From: a virus
Taxonomy: Duplodnaviria > Heunggongvirae > Uroviricota > Caudoviricetes
Length of the DNA: 64,000 nt
Reading direction: 5' to 3' (one strand)
Virus record (IMG/VR): IMGVR_UViG_2718218133_000001
The position numbers were made by a program, and so were the translations under genes. Under the pieces are notes generated by a model that saw nothing but the letters and a program-made list of their open reading frames with translations, made no database searches and had not been told where the DNA came from. Positions 45,471 through 56,066 of the stretch are shown here, in pieces; within the stretch, counting starts at the first letter, position 1, and every line of letters begins with the position of its first letter.

Positions 45471-48447
45471 TATTTAGCTCCTTTGCCACACCTAATAACA
45501 GTTCCAGCAATCCGTCACCATTCATCAGTGATGCGGCAGCGGCCTCTTTGTCATGATACAACTGAAGAGCCATAGAGAATACTTCCGTTGCTGACGTTTT
45601 GGAAATAGTCGGTGATTTCTGCCGAATTTTCCCGGTGTTACTTACTGAGGCTGGCGGGTATACCTTCGCCATATAAATATTACTCAATCGAGATCTGAAG
45701 CACCATTCAGGCTTGCCACGCCCACCGATATTGACGAAAGATGGCTTATCCCCTTCAACATTGGCCTTCAGGAATGACCGGGCTTTCTCTAACAAACCAG
45801 GGTTACTGTACTCAAGATGATGACCCAGCTCGTGCCACAGTGCACTTGCATTTTCATCGTTCAAATTGACAGCAACAACACCATTTAGATTTGCATATGC
45901 CCTTCCCTGGTGGTGAACCACCTTTGATAAGGTCGATATTTTCCCGCCGGTCAGGCGATAAATATCAGCAAGTTCCTTGCGCAGGTCTATCCCACCATTC
46001 TGTCCAGCGCGGACTTCTTCCACTTCTTCTGTGATAAAAGAGTCGGCCCACTCAAGAGCTTTTTCTTCAGATACGGATGAGTTTGCGATCGCACTGTTCA
46101 TGGCAGATAACACTTTCTCGTGGACCGAACCCATACTTCGCTGATTCATTTGCCAGCGTATCTGCGGGTTATATGAGAATCGCTTAAGTAGTTGGTCAAG
46201 CTGCTCAAGTTCTTCTTCACTGACATACTTTTTAGCCTCACCAATAATGCCAGGGAGAATATTGCCGTTAGGATTAAACGCTCGCGAAAGGAAGAGTTTC
46301 AGCGCCCCCATGCCCTCCGATGCTTCAATATCACCAATAACCCGGTTAACAATGGCCGCACTCTTCGGATTAGCATCCGCCAACGCTCTGGCTACGATTT
46401 GCAGGGACGATACGACCTCACGCTGCATATCAGTCCTGATCTCATCAATAAACTCTGGCGTTATGCCGTGCTCTTTAAGAATATCCCGGCCTTCCGCCGT
46501 TACCCCATCGATATCACCGACATGTTTATTAACACGACTTTGCAATGCCTTAAATGCCTTCAGAATTCCACGGGCATCATCCGCTTTACTAACGGCCTTC
46601 CTGAATGCTGGCAAGAAGTCTGAGTTAACCTCATTTTGTTGATCGGCCCACTGAATGGAGGCTTCTTTCATCTCGTCCAGAGTCAGATCACCCAACGCGG
46701 TATGGTCTGTGAATATGAGCGACAACCTCTGAACCATTTCTGCCAATGGTGATGCCGAATGCGCCGCGCTAAGGAATGCTTTCACCCTGGTTGGGCGAAT
46801 GGAAAACCAGTCAATAGCTGGTGGCATATCTCCGTTTTTTATCGCCTGCGCTATCTCGTCAAAGCCATCGCGCCCAAGGGAGGATGCGTGATTTAACAAG
46901 CCGCGAAGTAACGAATTGCTGATACCGAATAATCGGCACCATTTTTTCACGTCGGCAACAGGCATTCGAACAAAATGCGCAAGCACTTGTACAAGCTGTT
47001 CATCCTGGGGATCTGTGCGGGAAAGCAGCCTGATCAGATGAATAATGTCTTTGATGCCGGATGCCCGATGTAATAGCAAACTGGTATACGGAGCAACACC
47101 GTTGTAACTACCGCCGGAAACGGACTCGAAAAGACCGCCGGATATCCCTTGCATGCCTTCGTTTTCCAGTTCCTGAGACACCTGGCGAAGGATATCCTGT
47201 AACGACACATCGCCGCCGCCAAACATATCCCCCAGCGCCTGGCCCTGGTGCTGTAACTCATCATTGATACGTTGAGCCATCAACTTAAAGGCGGTGGCCA
47301 TACGCTTCGCGCTACGGTTATTCGCGACGATGAACAACGCGAGTGCTTTCACTTCCGGGGCCGTTTCGCTGAACATATCCCCCTGAGCAATAACATCGGT
47401 AATATGCTGGCCTGACTCCTTCGATTGCCTTACCAGGTCTACCGCATCTTTCAATGCCGCCAGCGCCTTTTTATCGAGGCTATCTGCTGTCTCAATGCCA
47501 TCAACAATAGTTGTCACAGCCTGCTTGTGCGCTTCTCCTGATAAAGCCTGCATCTGGACAAAATCATTGGCTGCCGCATTAAGCGCCGTCAGAACATTAC
47601 GCATATCCGGATCAGGTTCTTCTGCAACCATCCTTACCAGGCGCGCATCCTTATATGCCTTGGCAAAGATCGCGTTTTGTATACGGTCTACAAGTTGCCG
47701 TGTTGGTCGCCCATCTTCAGTTACAAGGCCAGCCGCCTGTGTGGCACCAACTTGCGTCATAAATCCGCGAATAAACGCGTCATTACTGCGGCTAAGCAGA
47801 TCTCCGCTTTCTGACGGGTTAAAAAGCGCCATCATCGCCGGTGTTATGCTGTCGGCATCAACAAAAGCTTTTTCACTGGCTGCCATTTCCTGAAGATCAG
47901 AAATATTTGAGTCCTTGGCAAACTGAACGCGGTCAACCTTAGTTAACCGGCGGCGCACCAGTACCGGAGCCGTCATTGATTCAACCTTTTCAGGAGGTAT
48001 GCCGAATTCGGTCGCATGTTCAATCAGGTACTCACGATACCGATCCGCATTGCCGTCCTGATAGGCTTTGATGATCCCCATGGTCCGTCCATTACCTGAC
48101 TCAACGGCATTGTCCTCACCAATTATCGGCGCACCATGGCTGGATAAACCGGAATCAGTAAGCTGAGCTGGCCGCAAATCTTTGGATATCTGGTTAACCT
48201 GAAGAAGGCTGGATGCGCGGGTCCGGTCGCGCGGCTGAAGTTCCTGGGGATAGTCAGGATTAATTTTCCCATCCAGAGTATTGGATACCAAAAGAGCTGA
48301 GGCATCGACGATATCAAACGCTGTTTTTACCTCGTCTCCCTTCGCTGTCACCACATACGAAACCCGCCCATAATCGGGCAGGTTCTTTAGCAGCTCGATC
48401 AGCGTTTCTATGCTGGTGGCCATTACCACCTGATCGCTTAAGCTCAT
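45460..48447 (-). CDS. ddrB: large darA-operon protein (antirestriction/head component)
   Basis: 995 aa, immediately downstream of ddrA/darA; symbol by position and size. Confidence 0.55.
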   Translation of the reverse strand: MSLSDQVVMATSIETLIELLKNLPDYGRVSYVVTAKGDEVKTAFDIVDASALLVSNTLDGKINPDYPQELQPRDRTRASSLLQVNQISKDLRPAQLTDSGLSSHGAPIIGEDNAVESGNGRTMGIIKAYQDGNADRYREYLIEHATEFGIPPEKVESMTAPVLVRRRLTKVDRVQFAKDSNISDLQEMAASEKAFVDADSITPAMMALFNPSESGDLLSRSNDAFIRGFMTQVGATQAAGLVTEDGRPTRQLVDRIQNAIFAKAYKDARLVRMVAEEPDPDMRNVLTALNAAANDFVQMQALSGEAHKQAVTTIVDGIETADSLDKKALAALKDAVDLVRQSKESGQHITDVIAQGDMFSETAPEVKALALFIVANNRSAKRMATAFKLMAQRINDELQHQGQALGDMFGGGDVSLQDILRQVSQELENEGMQGISGGLFESVSGGSYNGVAPYTSLLLHRASGIKDIIHLIRLLSRTDPQDEQLVQVLAHFVRMPVADVKKWCRLFGISNSLLRGLLNHASSLGRDGFDEIAQAIKNGDMPPAIDWFSIRPTRVKAFLSAAHSASPLAEMVQRLSLIFTDHTALGDLTLDEMKEASIQWADQQNEVNSDFLPAFRKAVSKADDARGILKAFKALQSRVNKHVGDIDGVTAEGRDILKEHGITPEFIDEIRTDMQREVVSSLQIVARALADANPKSAAIVNRVIGDIEASEGMGALKLFLSRAFNPNGNILPGIIGEAKKYVSEEELEQLDQLLKRFSYNPQIRWQMNQRSMGSVHEKVLSAMNSAIANSSVSEEKALEWADSFITEEVEEVRAGQNGGIDLRKELADIYRLTGGKISTLSKVVHHQGRAYANLNGVVAVNLNDENASALWHELGHHLEYSNPGLLEKARSFLKANVEGDKPSFVNIGGRGKPEWCFRSRLSNIYMAKVYPPASVSNTGKIRQKSPTISKTSATEVFSMALQLYHDKEAAAASLMNGDGLLELLLGVAKELNNAD

Positions 48448-48459
48448 CCCTGTTACGCC

Positions 48460-48825
48460 TTATGCTGCCTCTTTAATGTTGGCGGCTATCCATGCCGCCG
48501 TGTGCTGTTTAACCTGGTCCAGGTCGATGTATGTGCCAACATATTGACTCAAATCCTGCAAGGTACCGATAAATGCATCGGTGCTCTGATCGACGAATTT
48601 ATCAGCCAGGAAATCAGCAACCAGTTTTGGCACACCATCATGTACCGAAGGTTGTTTTTCCTCGCCACTACTGCCGCCGGACACACCGTACCCCATCTGT
48701 TGCATGATCTGGTCAATTTCATCGCTGATATCCAGCAACTCCATGCCACTCGCGGTAGCCGCTTTGGACATCAGAGCATCCAACTTATCGCTGAGATCCA
48801 TTAACTCAATAGCTGATAGTGTCAT
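48460..48825 (-). CDS. ddrA: darA-operon small protein
   Basis: 121 aa; overlaps darA stop. Confidence 0.5.
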   Translation of the reverse strand: MTLSAIELMDLSDKLDALMSKAATASGMELLDISDEIDQIMQQMGYGVSGGSSGEEKQPSVHDGVPKLVADFLADKFVDQSTDAFIGTLQDLSQYVGTYIDLDQVKQHTAAWIAANIKEAA

Positions 48826-50741
48826 GCCGCTACCCCCGCTTTCTGGATTGCTACCAACAGATCAGCCAGGTGGCGAGCTGCGCCGTTAACCAGCTCTTCG
48901 TTTTCCTCAAAACGTCCGGCAGCCTGAAGGGCTGCAATCGCTTCCCGGACATTGCCCCGGGCGTTACGGATCTCCGCCATGTCAGTGCTTTGTATATCCA
49001 TCACGTTATTGAGATATTCAATGGCTTTATTAGCCTCTGCATCTGCTTCGCTAACCGTTTCATCAGGCTGTGCCGTGGCCGGTTCTGGCTGAGTAATCTC
49101 ACCGACTTCGGCCTGCAATGCATTGATCATGCTCTGCACCATTTTCTCGGTGCCAGCGCCCCCCGGAAACGCAATATTGGGGAAAGTTTTTTGAAACTGA
49201 GTTTTCAGCATTACGCGGAACTCGTCTGGTGAGCTGGTGGCCAGCTCCAGAGCTTTTTGTGCATATTTGCCAAACGGACCATTAGTAAGTGTCTTCGCCA
49301 GGAAGTCGAAAGAATCCTCGCGAGGCAATAACTTCAGGTCGTACTCACTCATTTGCTGATCAGAAAGCGGGGTATCGTAAGTAGCAATGCCGTAGCGTGC
49401 ATATTCATAATACGGGTCACCTTCATCAGGGCGCGGCAGAATTGCTTTGTTACCTTCAGGTATTGCGCCAGGGGCCGCCGGACGCATTTGCAGGGCATAT
49501 CGATATGCACCTACAGAGACTTCTGGTTCAGGCGAAGAGCTACCGGTATCCTCCGCTGGTTCAGGTTCGACGTTTTCCGGTTTATGTTCTTCTGGTTGGA
49601 CCAGGTATTCCGATACATTACCCGCTTTATAGGCTTTAAACAGCTTGCCGATCGCATCTGCCATGTCCACACCCTGTATGGATTTAGCCTTGATCATGTA
49701 TACGCTGCCATCCGGATCGGTTAACTGGATATACCCTTCGCCGCCCCCAATGAATTGCTTCATTGATGCACCATTACTGAGCGTCACTTCCCCGTCCATA
49801 TGCATACGATTTTTGATACTGGCAAGGCGATCCGTCAGCGCGCGAGAGTGCCCACCAGTCATCCCCGCTGGAGCAATGGTATCGCGCCCACCAGTGCGAT
49901 TGAGCTGATCAATCTCCGTCTGCAAACGCTCATTCTCTTCATAAAGAGAATCCGCTTCCGATGCAACAGCGTTAATTTTCTGCTCCAGATCTGCCTTCTG
50001 CCCTTCTACCGCTGCCACCTGATCCGCGAGGTCGCTCATGGCATCCTCTTTCTGGTCACTGTCAGCCTGTAGTTGGGTTATTTCATCAACAAGGGCTTTT
50101 TTCTTCTTCTGCGCACGCTGGAATTTTGCCGAGTTTTTCTCTGCAAGGTTGGCAAGTTTCATGGTGACCTGCGCCAGCGTCATATCACGTCCACTCATCG
50201 GAGCAACGGTGTGAGTAACGTCTTTTTTATTCAGTAAGAACTGGAAAGCAACCAGCGTATCGCTATTGGTGATCCGGTTTTCCGCTGTCGGGCTATGAAA
50301 CAGAATGCTGATAGTCTGACCATCACTGAGCGGAATAATGGCTGGCAAGACCGGCAGCCCGTTAACGTTACGTGCCCGGCCAATTTCAGCGCCGCCGATC
50401 GCGCGCGCGCCGCTCTGGGCCACATCCCCCGTTTTATCACTCCCCGCAGAGATTCCGGTACCATTCAGCTTCTGGTTCAATGCCCGGACAAATGCCTGCA
50501 TGGTCCGGTGTAACTGCAAACGAGTAGAACTAATCGCCTCCAGTAAATCCGTAGCACACCAGTGGATCGGCGTGTCATAGAAGAACGTAGCCTCGATTTC
50601 CTCCAGGGTGTTGGATTCCGTCATCAGATAGCGGTCCTCACCGGCCATTAATGCGCGATATTCATCATCAGTCACTGGCGGGGGAAGCACGTCAAGCCCA
50701 GGCTTGATCGTCACCCCTTTATTGATATTGAACTGTTCCAT
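48822..50741 (-). CDS. darA: DarA antirestriction/head internal protein
   Basis: 639 aa, the size of P1 DarA. Confidence 0.8.
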   Translation of the reverse strand: MEQFNINKGVTIKPGLDVLPPPVTDDEYRALMAGEDRYLMTESNTLEEIEATFFYDTPIHWCATDLLEAISSTRLQLHRTMQAFVRALNQKLNGTGISAGSDKTGDVAQSGARAIGGAEIGRARNVNGLPVLPAIIPLSDGQTISILFHSPTAENRITNSDTLVAFQFLLNKKDVTHTVAPMSGRDMTLAQVTMKLANLAEKNSAKFQRAQKKKKALVDEITQLQADSDQKEDAMSDLADQVAAVEGQKADLEQKINAVASEADSLYEENERLQTEIDQLNRTGGRDTIAPAGMTGGHSRALTDRLASIKNRMHMDGEVTLSNGASMKQFIGGGEGYIQLTDPDGSVYMIKAKSIQGVDMADAIGKLFKAYKAGNVSEYLVQPEEHKPENVEPEPAEDTGSSSPEPEVSVGAYRYALQMRPAAPGAIPEGNKAILPRPDEGDPYYEYARYGIATYDTPLSDQQMSEYDLKLLPREDSFDFLAKTLTNGPFGKYAQKALELATSSPDEFRVMLKTQFQKTFPNIAFPGGAGTEKMVQSMINALQAEVGEITQPEPATAQPDETVSEADAEANKAIEYLNNVMDIQSTDMAEIRNARGNVREAIAALQAAGRFEENEELVNGAARHLADLLVAIQKAGVAA

Positions 50742-50742
50742 G

Positions 50743-51345
50743 TTAATTTCCTGCTTTCAGTTGCTTAAGACGGCGTTTGAGTTCGCCATTTCGGGCCTTT
50801 TCGTTATTGAGTCGGCCTGTCTCCTTATCCAGCTTCGCCCGCAAATCAGTGATCTGCTGTTGATTGAAAGACACCGAGTTCTGCGCTGATTTATAAGCGG
50901 CAACCACCTGAGCATTCCGCTGTTTTGCCTCTTGCAGGCGCTGAAAGTTGGATTTTACTGCCGGTTTCTTGTCTACCGGATTGGCAACACGTTTCGCTTT
51001 GGCGATCAGTGAGTTCTGGAATTTTGCGGAGTTTTTGCGGGCCGCTTGCCCCATGACGGTACCAAGCGTCTTGATATCCGGCGATTGAGCGTTAGGAATA
51101 GCTTTTCCATTCAGCCTCACAGACGATATATCGCCAGTATCGTTTACCTGTATGGCAAGAATTTGTCCGTCGTTAAGAACCAGCTTTGCGGTTTTAACTT
51201 TAACGCCATCTTTCGTTGTTGCGCGGTTGCTGGAGTCAACCTCAATTACCGTAACACCGGTTTTATTGATCGCCGCGATAAGGGATTTCAGCCCCTTTTC
51301 ATTAACCTGGTCAAAATCGACCGTTGCATACTTATTTTTCGTCAT
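50743..51345 (-). CDS. hdf: homolog of DarA fragment
   Basis: Shares KNSAKFQ..coiled-coil segment with DarA; ATG at 51345 has better RBS spacing than the track start. Confidence 0.5.
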   Translation of the reverse strand: MTKNKYATVDFDQVNEKGLKSLIAAINKTGVTVIEVDSSNRATTKDGVKVKTAKLVLNDGQILAIQVNDTGDISSVRLNGKAIPNAQSPDIKTLGTVMGQAARKNSAKFQNSLIAKAKRVANPVDKKPAVKSNFQRLQEAKQRNAQVVAAYKSAQNSVSFNQQQITDLRAKLDKETGRLNNEKARNGELKRRLKQLKAGN

Positions 51346-51775
51346 CTGACACATCCTGTGCGAGATTTATTACGTAACTTCTGCGGATTTGCTGAGTAAC
51401 AGGGAAAATCCGATACAACGGGTTAATGAACGAGTCGCCATGCGTAACCATGACGTTGAAATGCCACAGTCGCTCTCCTTTACCCATATATTCAGTGGGT
51501 ATGTACAACCATTCACTGTTTTCGCCCTGTTCAGCCGACGTCAAACAACGTTGTTCGCCTTCAATCACTGTCGTCGGCTTCTGAACATCGCGGATCCAAT
51601 ATCTGACCGTTGCGCCGCGCAAAAACGGGAATTTAGACCGGTATTTGAACGGCACCCGGATGAAACCCGGTTTAATTTCCACATCACCAAGTTCTAAATG
51701 CGTGATGTCCTTGCGTTTTAGCAAATAGCGATCGGCTAAGGCTAACGCAAGAACGCATACACCCCAGCCAATCAT
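51332..51775 (-). CDS. hypothetical protein with N-terminal hydrophobic segment
   Basis: 147-aa ORF. Confidence 0.3.
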   Translation of the reverse strand: MIGWGVCVLALALADRYLLKRKDITHLELGDVEIKPGFIRVPFKYRSKFPFLRGATVRYWIRDVQKPTTVIEGEQRCLTSAEQGENSEWLYIPTEYMGKGERLWHFNVMVTHGDSFINPLYRIFPVTQQIRRSYVINLAQDVSDDEK

Positions 51776-52101
51776 TTCCCGCCTCCCTTTTTCACCAAAC
51801 TTGTAAGAACATTCAGAATGCTATCGATATTCACTCGTTTCATCCCTGAAATCACCTCATGACCGTTATTGCTGGCTATCGTTACCATTAAGTACGTAAT
51901 TGATAACTCCCAGCCCTCGTGTTGCCCCAATAGGTACGCCACCGCGCCAGCTGTCACTGCAACAAAGATCTCCGTAACCAATCCCAACAAATTGCCAGAC
52001 TGGCGACCGTCTCGGACATCCATCAGGAACGTGCCTATCCCACCAATTACTGAAAGCAGGAGCGCAATAGCAACTGGAGCTAATTCCTGTGTGTCAAGCA
52101 C
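51772..52101 (-). CDS. holin-like membrane protein
   Basis: 109 aa; two or three predicted TM segments, charged C-terminus; may correspond to a P1 lyd gene. Confidence 0.4.
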   Translation of the reverse strand: MLDTQELAPVAIALLLSVIGGIGTFLMDVRDGRQSGNLLGLVTEIFVAVTAGAVAYLLGQHEGWELSITYLMVTIASNNGHEVISGMKRVNIDSILNVLTSLVKKGGGK

Positions 52102-52175
52102 AAGTTCCCTCCTACGTTGTCAGGAGGTAATGGTATGCAAAGTAACTTCTCAACCGGTTATGTTGCATAAGAGAC

Positions 52176-52439
52176 TTACCTATTCAACCGACTTTTGGAA
52201 CCTTCAATAATAAGCCTGCTATTGGCGCTGAAAATAAGAACCATGCAGCTCTGAAGGCTTTCATTCATATCCTTATATTCCGCGAGATACATGCCAATAA
52301 AGCCAGCAAGTACGGCGGAAATACATTCGGCCAGCAATTTCTTGCATGAAGACTCGTAACGGTTTTCACATAGCCCACTCAAATACGAATACACCCCACC
52401 AAGAAGGGATAACATCACGATATGTACATAAAATGTCAT
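52176..52439 (-). CDS. holin/antiholin-like membrane protein
   Basis: 87 aa, hydrophobic. Confidence 0.35.
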   Translation of the reverse strand: MTFYVHIVMLSLLGGVYSYLSGLCENRYESSCKKLLAECISAVLAGFIGMYLAEYKDMNESLQSCMVLIFSANSRLIIEGSKSRLNR

Positions 52440-52566
52440 TTTTTACCTATACAACAGTAAGTTGAACAACATCTGAGAACGGTATGCACTTTGTGATTTC
52501 CACACACACTGGTTTTGTTAATTAAAACCTGTAGCTTGCAATAAATAACGATAGTGGGCAGAAAAT

Positions 52567-52750
52567 ATGCTAATAGGCTATGTACGCATATAGACAAATG
52601 AACAAAACACAGCTATGCAGTGAAAAGCACTTGAAAGCGCAGGATGTGAGCTAATTTTTGCGAATAAGGCGAGCAGCAAAAAGGCTGGGCACCCTGGGTT
52701 AAAAAAGGTTCTGCGTATGCTTTCCAGAGGTGATACCCTAGTCTCGGGCT
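52567..52750 (+). pseudogene. decayed N-terminal fragment of a P1 Cin-type invertase gene
   Basis: ATGCTAATAGGCTATGTACGCATA then in-frame stops; after repair reads MLIGYVRI..STNEQNTA.Q..ALESAGCELIF..KKAGHPGLKKVLRMLSRGDTLV. Confidence 0.5.
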
Positions 52751-52874
52751 AGGGACAACATTTCGAGGACAGTTTTCATTAGCGGTCAGCAGGCGCTAGA
52801 TACATCGAATTGATGTGCCGCGCGATAAATGTACCTATTCTATCAAGATAAATTACACCGACGCGGCATTAGAA

Positions 52875-53447
52875 TTACAGCTCAGATTGAGTTTGGCGCT
52901 TCTCTACAGGATGATAACGATAAATCGTCGATACACCGATATCGTAAATAATTGCCAACTGTTTCCTGCTGTAGCCATTTTCGATCAACCTCGCTATTTG
53001 CTCATGTTGTTCTTTTGTCAACTTCGGGCGACGTCCGCCAATGCGTCCCTGTTCGCGTGCAGCTGCCAGTCCGGCCAGTGTTCTCTCAACAATTAATTCA
53101 CGTTCCATTTCTGCTAAAGCCCCCATGACGTGAAAAAAGAAACGCCCCATGGGTGTTGATGTGTCAATACTGTCTGTCAGACTACGGAAATTAACACCTT
53201 TTTCCCGCAACTCCTCTATAAGCGTGATAAGGTGTTTCATACTTCTGCCAAGCCTATCCAGCTTCCAGACAACCAGCGTATCTCCTTCTGATAACGTTCT
53301 GAGCAGCTTTTTCAAGCCTGGTCTGGCTGACTTTGTTCCGCTTATTTTATCTTCAAAAATCAGTTCACATCCTGCGCAGTTCAGTGCATTTCTTTGTAAA
53401 TCTGTGTTTTGGTCATTTGTTGACACACGAATGTAGCCAATTTGCAT
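52875..53447 (-). CDS. serine DNA invertase (Cin/Min/Gin/Hin family)
   Basis: 190 aa from ATG 53447; catalytic GYIRVSTNDQNTDLQ (Ser) and C-terminal HTH; adjacent to first crossover site. Confidence 0.85.
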   Translation of the reverse strand: MQIGYIRVSTNDQNTDLQRNALNCAGCELIFEDKISGTKSARPGLKKLLRTLSEGDTLVVWKLDRLGRSMKHLITLIEELREKGVNFRSLTDSIDTSTPMGRFFFHVMGALAEMERELIVERTLAGLAAAREQGRIGGRRPKLTKEQHEQIARLIENGYSRKQLAIIYDIGVSTIYRYHPVEKRQTQSEL

Positions 53448-53501
53448 GAAAAACAACCTCTTTGTTTAGTTAAAAATACATCGTTGGTATAGGTAGGGAT
53501 T

Positions 53502-53527
53502 AAGACTAAAACGTTGGTTTGGGGGAA
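53502..53527 (-). other. crossover site 1 (26 bp, core TT/AA at 53514-53515)
   Basis: Minus strand reads TTCCCCCAAACC-AA-CGTTTTAGTCTT, gix/cix-like half-sites. Confidence 0.55.
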
Positions 53528-53994
53528 GGCTCTGCATTGCCTGTTGGTGTACCTGTTCCATGGCCCTCAGCCACACCACCAACGGGGTGGCTAAAATGTA
53601 ACGGAGCAGCATTTTCTTCTGAAAAGTACCCAAATCTGGCAAAGGTTTACCCAACGTTAAAATTACCTGATTTACGCGGTGAGTTTATCCGTGGTTGGGA
53701 TGATGGGCGCGGGGTGGATGCGGGACGTGCTTTATTGAGCATTCAGACAGGAATGCTGGAAAAGCACCGACATATTGTTGTAGCCAATGATGGTTACGAC
53801 ACAAAAGATGAATGGGAGCTGGCGACAATTTTCAAAAAAACATACACACAAGGACGGGGCTTGATGCCTCAAATACAGGAGGGAATTTGATTCCATCACC
53901 GACACTTCATTCTCGAGGGAGTATTGGTAATACTGGCGGGAGTGAAACCCGTCCACGAAATATCGCATTTAATTACATCGTAAGGGCGGCATAA
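53516..53994 (+). pseudogene. promoterless tail-fibre tip cassette A, frameshifted
   Basis: Conserved N-term GEGSALPVGVPVPWP..; frame breaks near A7 run (~53832); conserved C-term ETRPRNIAFNYIVRAA in another frame. Confidence 0.4.
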
Positions 53995-54013
53995 AAACGT
54001 TGGTTTGGGGGAA
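53988..54013 (-). other. crossover site 2
   Basis: Same 26-bp pattern, core 54000-54001. Confidence 0.5.
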
Positions 54014-54502
54014 GGCTCTGCATTGCCTGTTGGCGTACCTGTTCCGTGGCCATCAGCCACACCTCCAACGGGGTGGCTGAAATGCAATGGTGCAGCATTT
54101 TCTTCTGAAAAGTACCCAAATCTGGCAAAGGCTTATCCCACCAATAAATTACCGGATTTACGGGGAGAATTTATTCGTGGCTGGGATGATGGGCGTGGCA
54201 TTGATCCTAGACGTGCCTTGCTAAGTCTTCAGAATGGAGGAGTGGAATCACACACCCACCAAGGGCAGCTCTTCAGAGTTAGTGATTATCGTACAAATGA
54301 AATACCAGCATCAGAAGTTATGGGAAGAAACTATCTTGCAAGCCTGACGCCGGGTGCTAATAGCCCACTTGATTTTGATGATTATCCTGTAGCTCTTATT
54401 CCAAATGGATATTTTGTCGGGAATCAGAGAACAACAGCATATGGGATAAATGAAACCCGTCCACGGAATATTGCATTTAATTACATCGTAAGGGCGGCAT
54501 AA
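54005..54502 (+). CDS. promoterless tail-fibre tip cassette B
   Basis: 165 aa; no ATG; conserved ends, unique middle. Confidence 0.5.
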   Translation: MGEGSALPVGVPVPWPSATPPTGWLKCNGAAFSSEKYPNLAKAYPTNKLPDLRGEFIRGWDDGRGIDPRRALLSLQNGGVESHTHQGQLFRVSDYRTNEIPASEVMGRNYLASLTPGANSPLDFDDYPVALIPNGYFVGNQRTTAYGINETRPRNIAFNYIVRAA

Positions 54503-54521
54503 AAACGTTGGTTTGGGGGAA
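54496..54521 (-). other. crossover site 3
   Basis: Core 54508-54509. Confidence 0.5.
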
Positions 54522-54941
54522 GGCTCTGCACTGCCTGTTGGTGTGCCCGTTCCGTGGCCCTTAGAAACACCACCAACGGGCTGGCTAAAATGTAACGGAG
54601 CAGCATTTTCTTCTGAAATGTATCCCAAACTGGCAAAAGCCTACCCCACCAATAAATTACCGGATTTACGCGGTGAATTTATCCGTGGCTGGGATGATGG
54701 GCGCGGGATTGATGCGGGACGTACCCTGCTTTCAGGGCAGGATGGTACAAGTTTTTCTCATTACGGAGGTAATTTCGACATTGGGTCTGGTCATTCAATC
54801 AATAACTATGACCAAATTGTTTCTAACCAACCAGGATTTTCCCGTTTTTCATTTGCAGGGCCTTCACGAGGTGATGGGGTTAATTATGTAACCATTCGTC
54901 CTCGTAACATTGCGTTTAATTATATCGTAAGGGCGGCATGA
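54513..54941 (+). CDS. promoterless tail-fibre tip cassette C
   Basis: 142 aa; conserved ends, unique middle. Confidence 0.5.
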   Translation: MGEGSALPVGVPVPWPLETPPTGWLKCNGAAFSSEMYPKLAKAYPTNKLPDLRGEFIRGWDDGRGIDAGRTLLSGQDGTSFSHYGGNFDIGSGHSINNYDQIVSNQPGFSRFSFAGPSRGDGVNYVTIRPRNIAFNYIVRAA

Positions 54942-54960
54942 AAACGTTGGTTTGGGAGAA
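54935..54960 (-). other. crossover site 4
   Basis: Core 54947-54948. Confidence 0.5.
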
Positions 54961-55449
54961 GGCTCTGCATTACCTGTTGGTGTCCCTGTTCCGTGGCCTT
55001 CAGCCACTCCGCCAACAGGCTGGCTGAAATGCAACGGTGCGGCTTTTTCTGCTGAAGAATACCCGGAACTGGCAAAGGCTTACCCGACAAATAAATTGCC
55101 TGATTTACGTGGTGAGTTCATTCGTGGCTGGGATGACGGGCGCGGGATTGATCCAGGTCGCTCTATTTTAAGCGAGCAAGGATATGCAACGGAGGATCAT
55201 GCTCACGGATTACCGTCAAAATCAACCGTAGCAACTGACAGCTCAATTAATTTCTACTTTGACGAGGCATGGGCTACTAGTGGTAATACGGGAGTTATCA
55301 GATGGGGGAACACAAGCGATGCAGGATTGCCAGCCCCTAATTATGGAACTTTTAAAACATATAAACAGTCCGTAGCTAATTTAGGTACTGCTGGCTTAGA
55401 AACCCGCCCTCGTAATATTGCATTTAATTATATTGTGAGGGCGGATTAA
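54952..55449 (+). CDS. promoterless tail-fibre tip cassette D
   Basis: 165 aa. Confidence 0.5.
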   Translation: MGEGSALPVGVPVPWPSATPPTGWLKCNGAAFSAEEYPELAKAYPTNKLPDLRGEFIRGWDDGRGIDPGRSILSEQGYATEDHAHGLPSKSTVATDSSINFYFDEAWATSGNTGVIRWGNTSDAGLPAPNYGTFKTYKQSVANLGTAGLETRPRNIAFNYIVRAD

Positions 55450-55454
55450 TTATA

Positions 55455-56066
55455 TCAACTGGCTGTAGAAAGTTGTTTTTCAGGCCAGTTGAGATCTGGT
55501 GCCGTGGTTAAATCCATCGCGTTCAGCTCGTCTATATAATCTAGCACGGAGTTAAGCTGCGTGGTTTCTGCCTGCGTCAACTTCCGTCCAGCCCGTAATT
55601 TCAACTGAATCAGACTAATGGAATCCATCGCAGTATCAATCAATGACTGACGTTTTGTTTCTGCTGCCTCTACAGCTGCACTATGTTGAGCCTCAGTATC
55701 AACCACCCATTTCTCTCCATCCCATTTGTCGTATGGTGTTAGCGGGGCGATAGTGGTTGTATTTTCCGGATAGTCACCCAACACCGTGATTTCTTCGGGA
55801 TTCCCTGTGTCAATGCTATAGACAGTTTCGCCACGATGATCTGGCACATACTCCCATGAACTTAAATCCTCTGAACGGAGAATCGCATAACCTGCTTTAT
55901 GTGAGCCTGGAGCATCCAAACAAGAATGTGCCGGAATACCAACGCCAACAGCAAGATATTCAGTTGATGCAGAAATATATTCCCGATTACCACCATCATA
56001 GTTATAAACGATAATGTTTCCTGCCTGTATGGCTATAAGTTCGCTATTTAATATCGCATTATCCAT
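55455..56066 (-). CDS. tail fibre assembly chaperone (Tfa/U-like)
   Basis: 203 aa; start overlaps stop of cassette E (TAATG). Confidence 0.65.
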   Translation of the reverse strand: MDNAILNSELIAIQAGNIIVYNYDGGNREYISASTEYLAVGVGIPAHSCLDAPGSHKAGYAILRSEDLSSWEYVPDHRGETVYSIDTGNPEEITVLGDYPENTTTIAPLTPYDKWDGEKWVVDTEAQHSAAVEAAETKRQSLIDTAMDSISLIQLKLRAGRKLTQAETTQLNSVLDYIDELNAMDLTTAPDLNWPEKQLSTAS

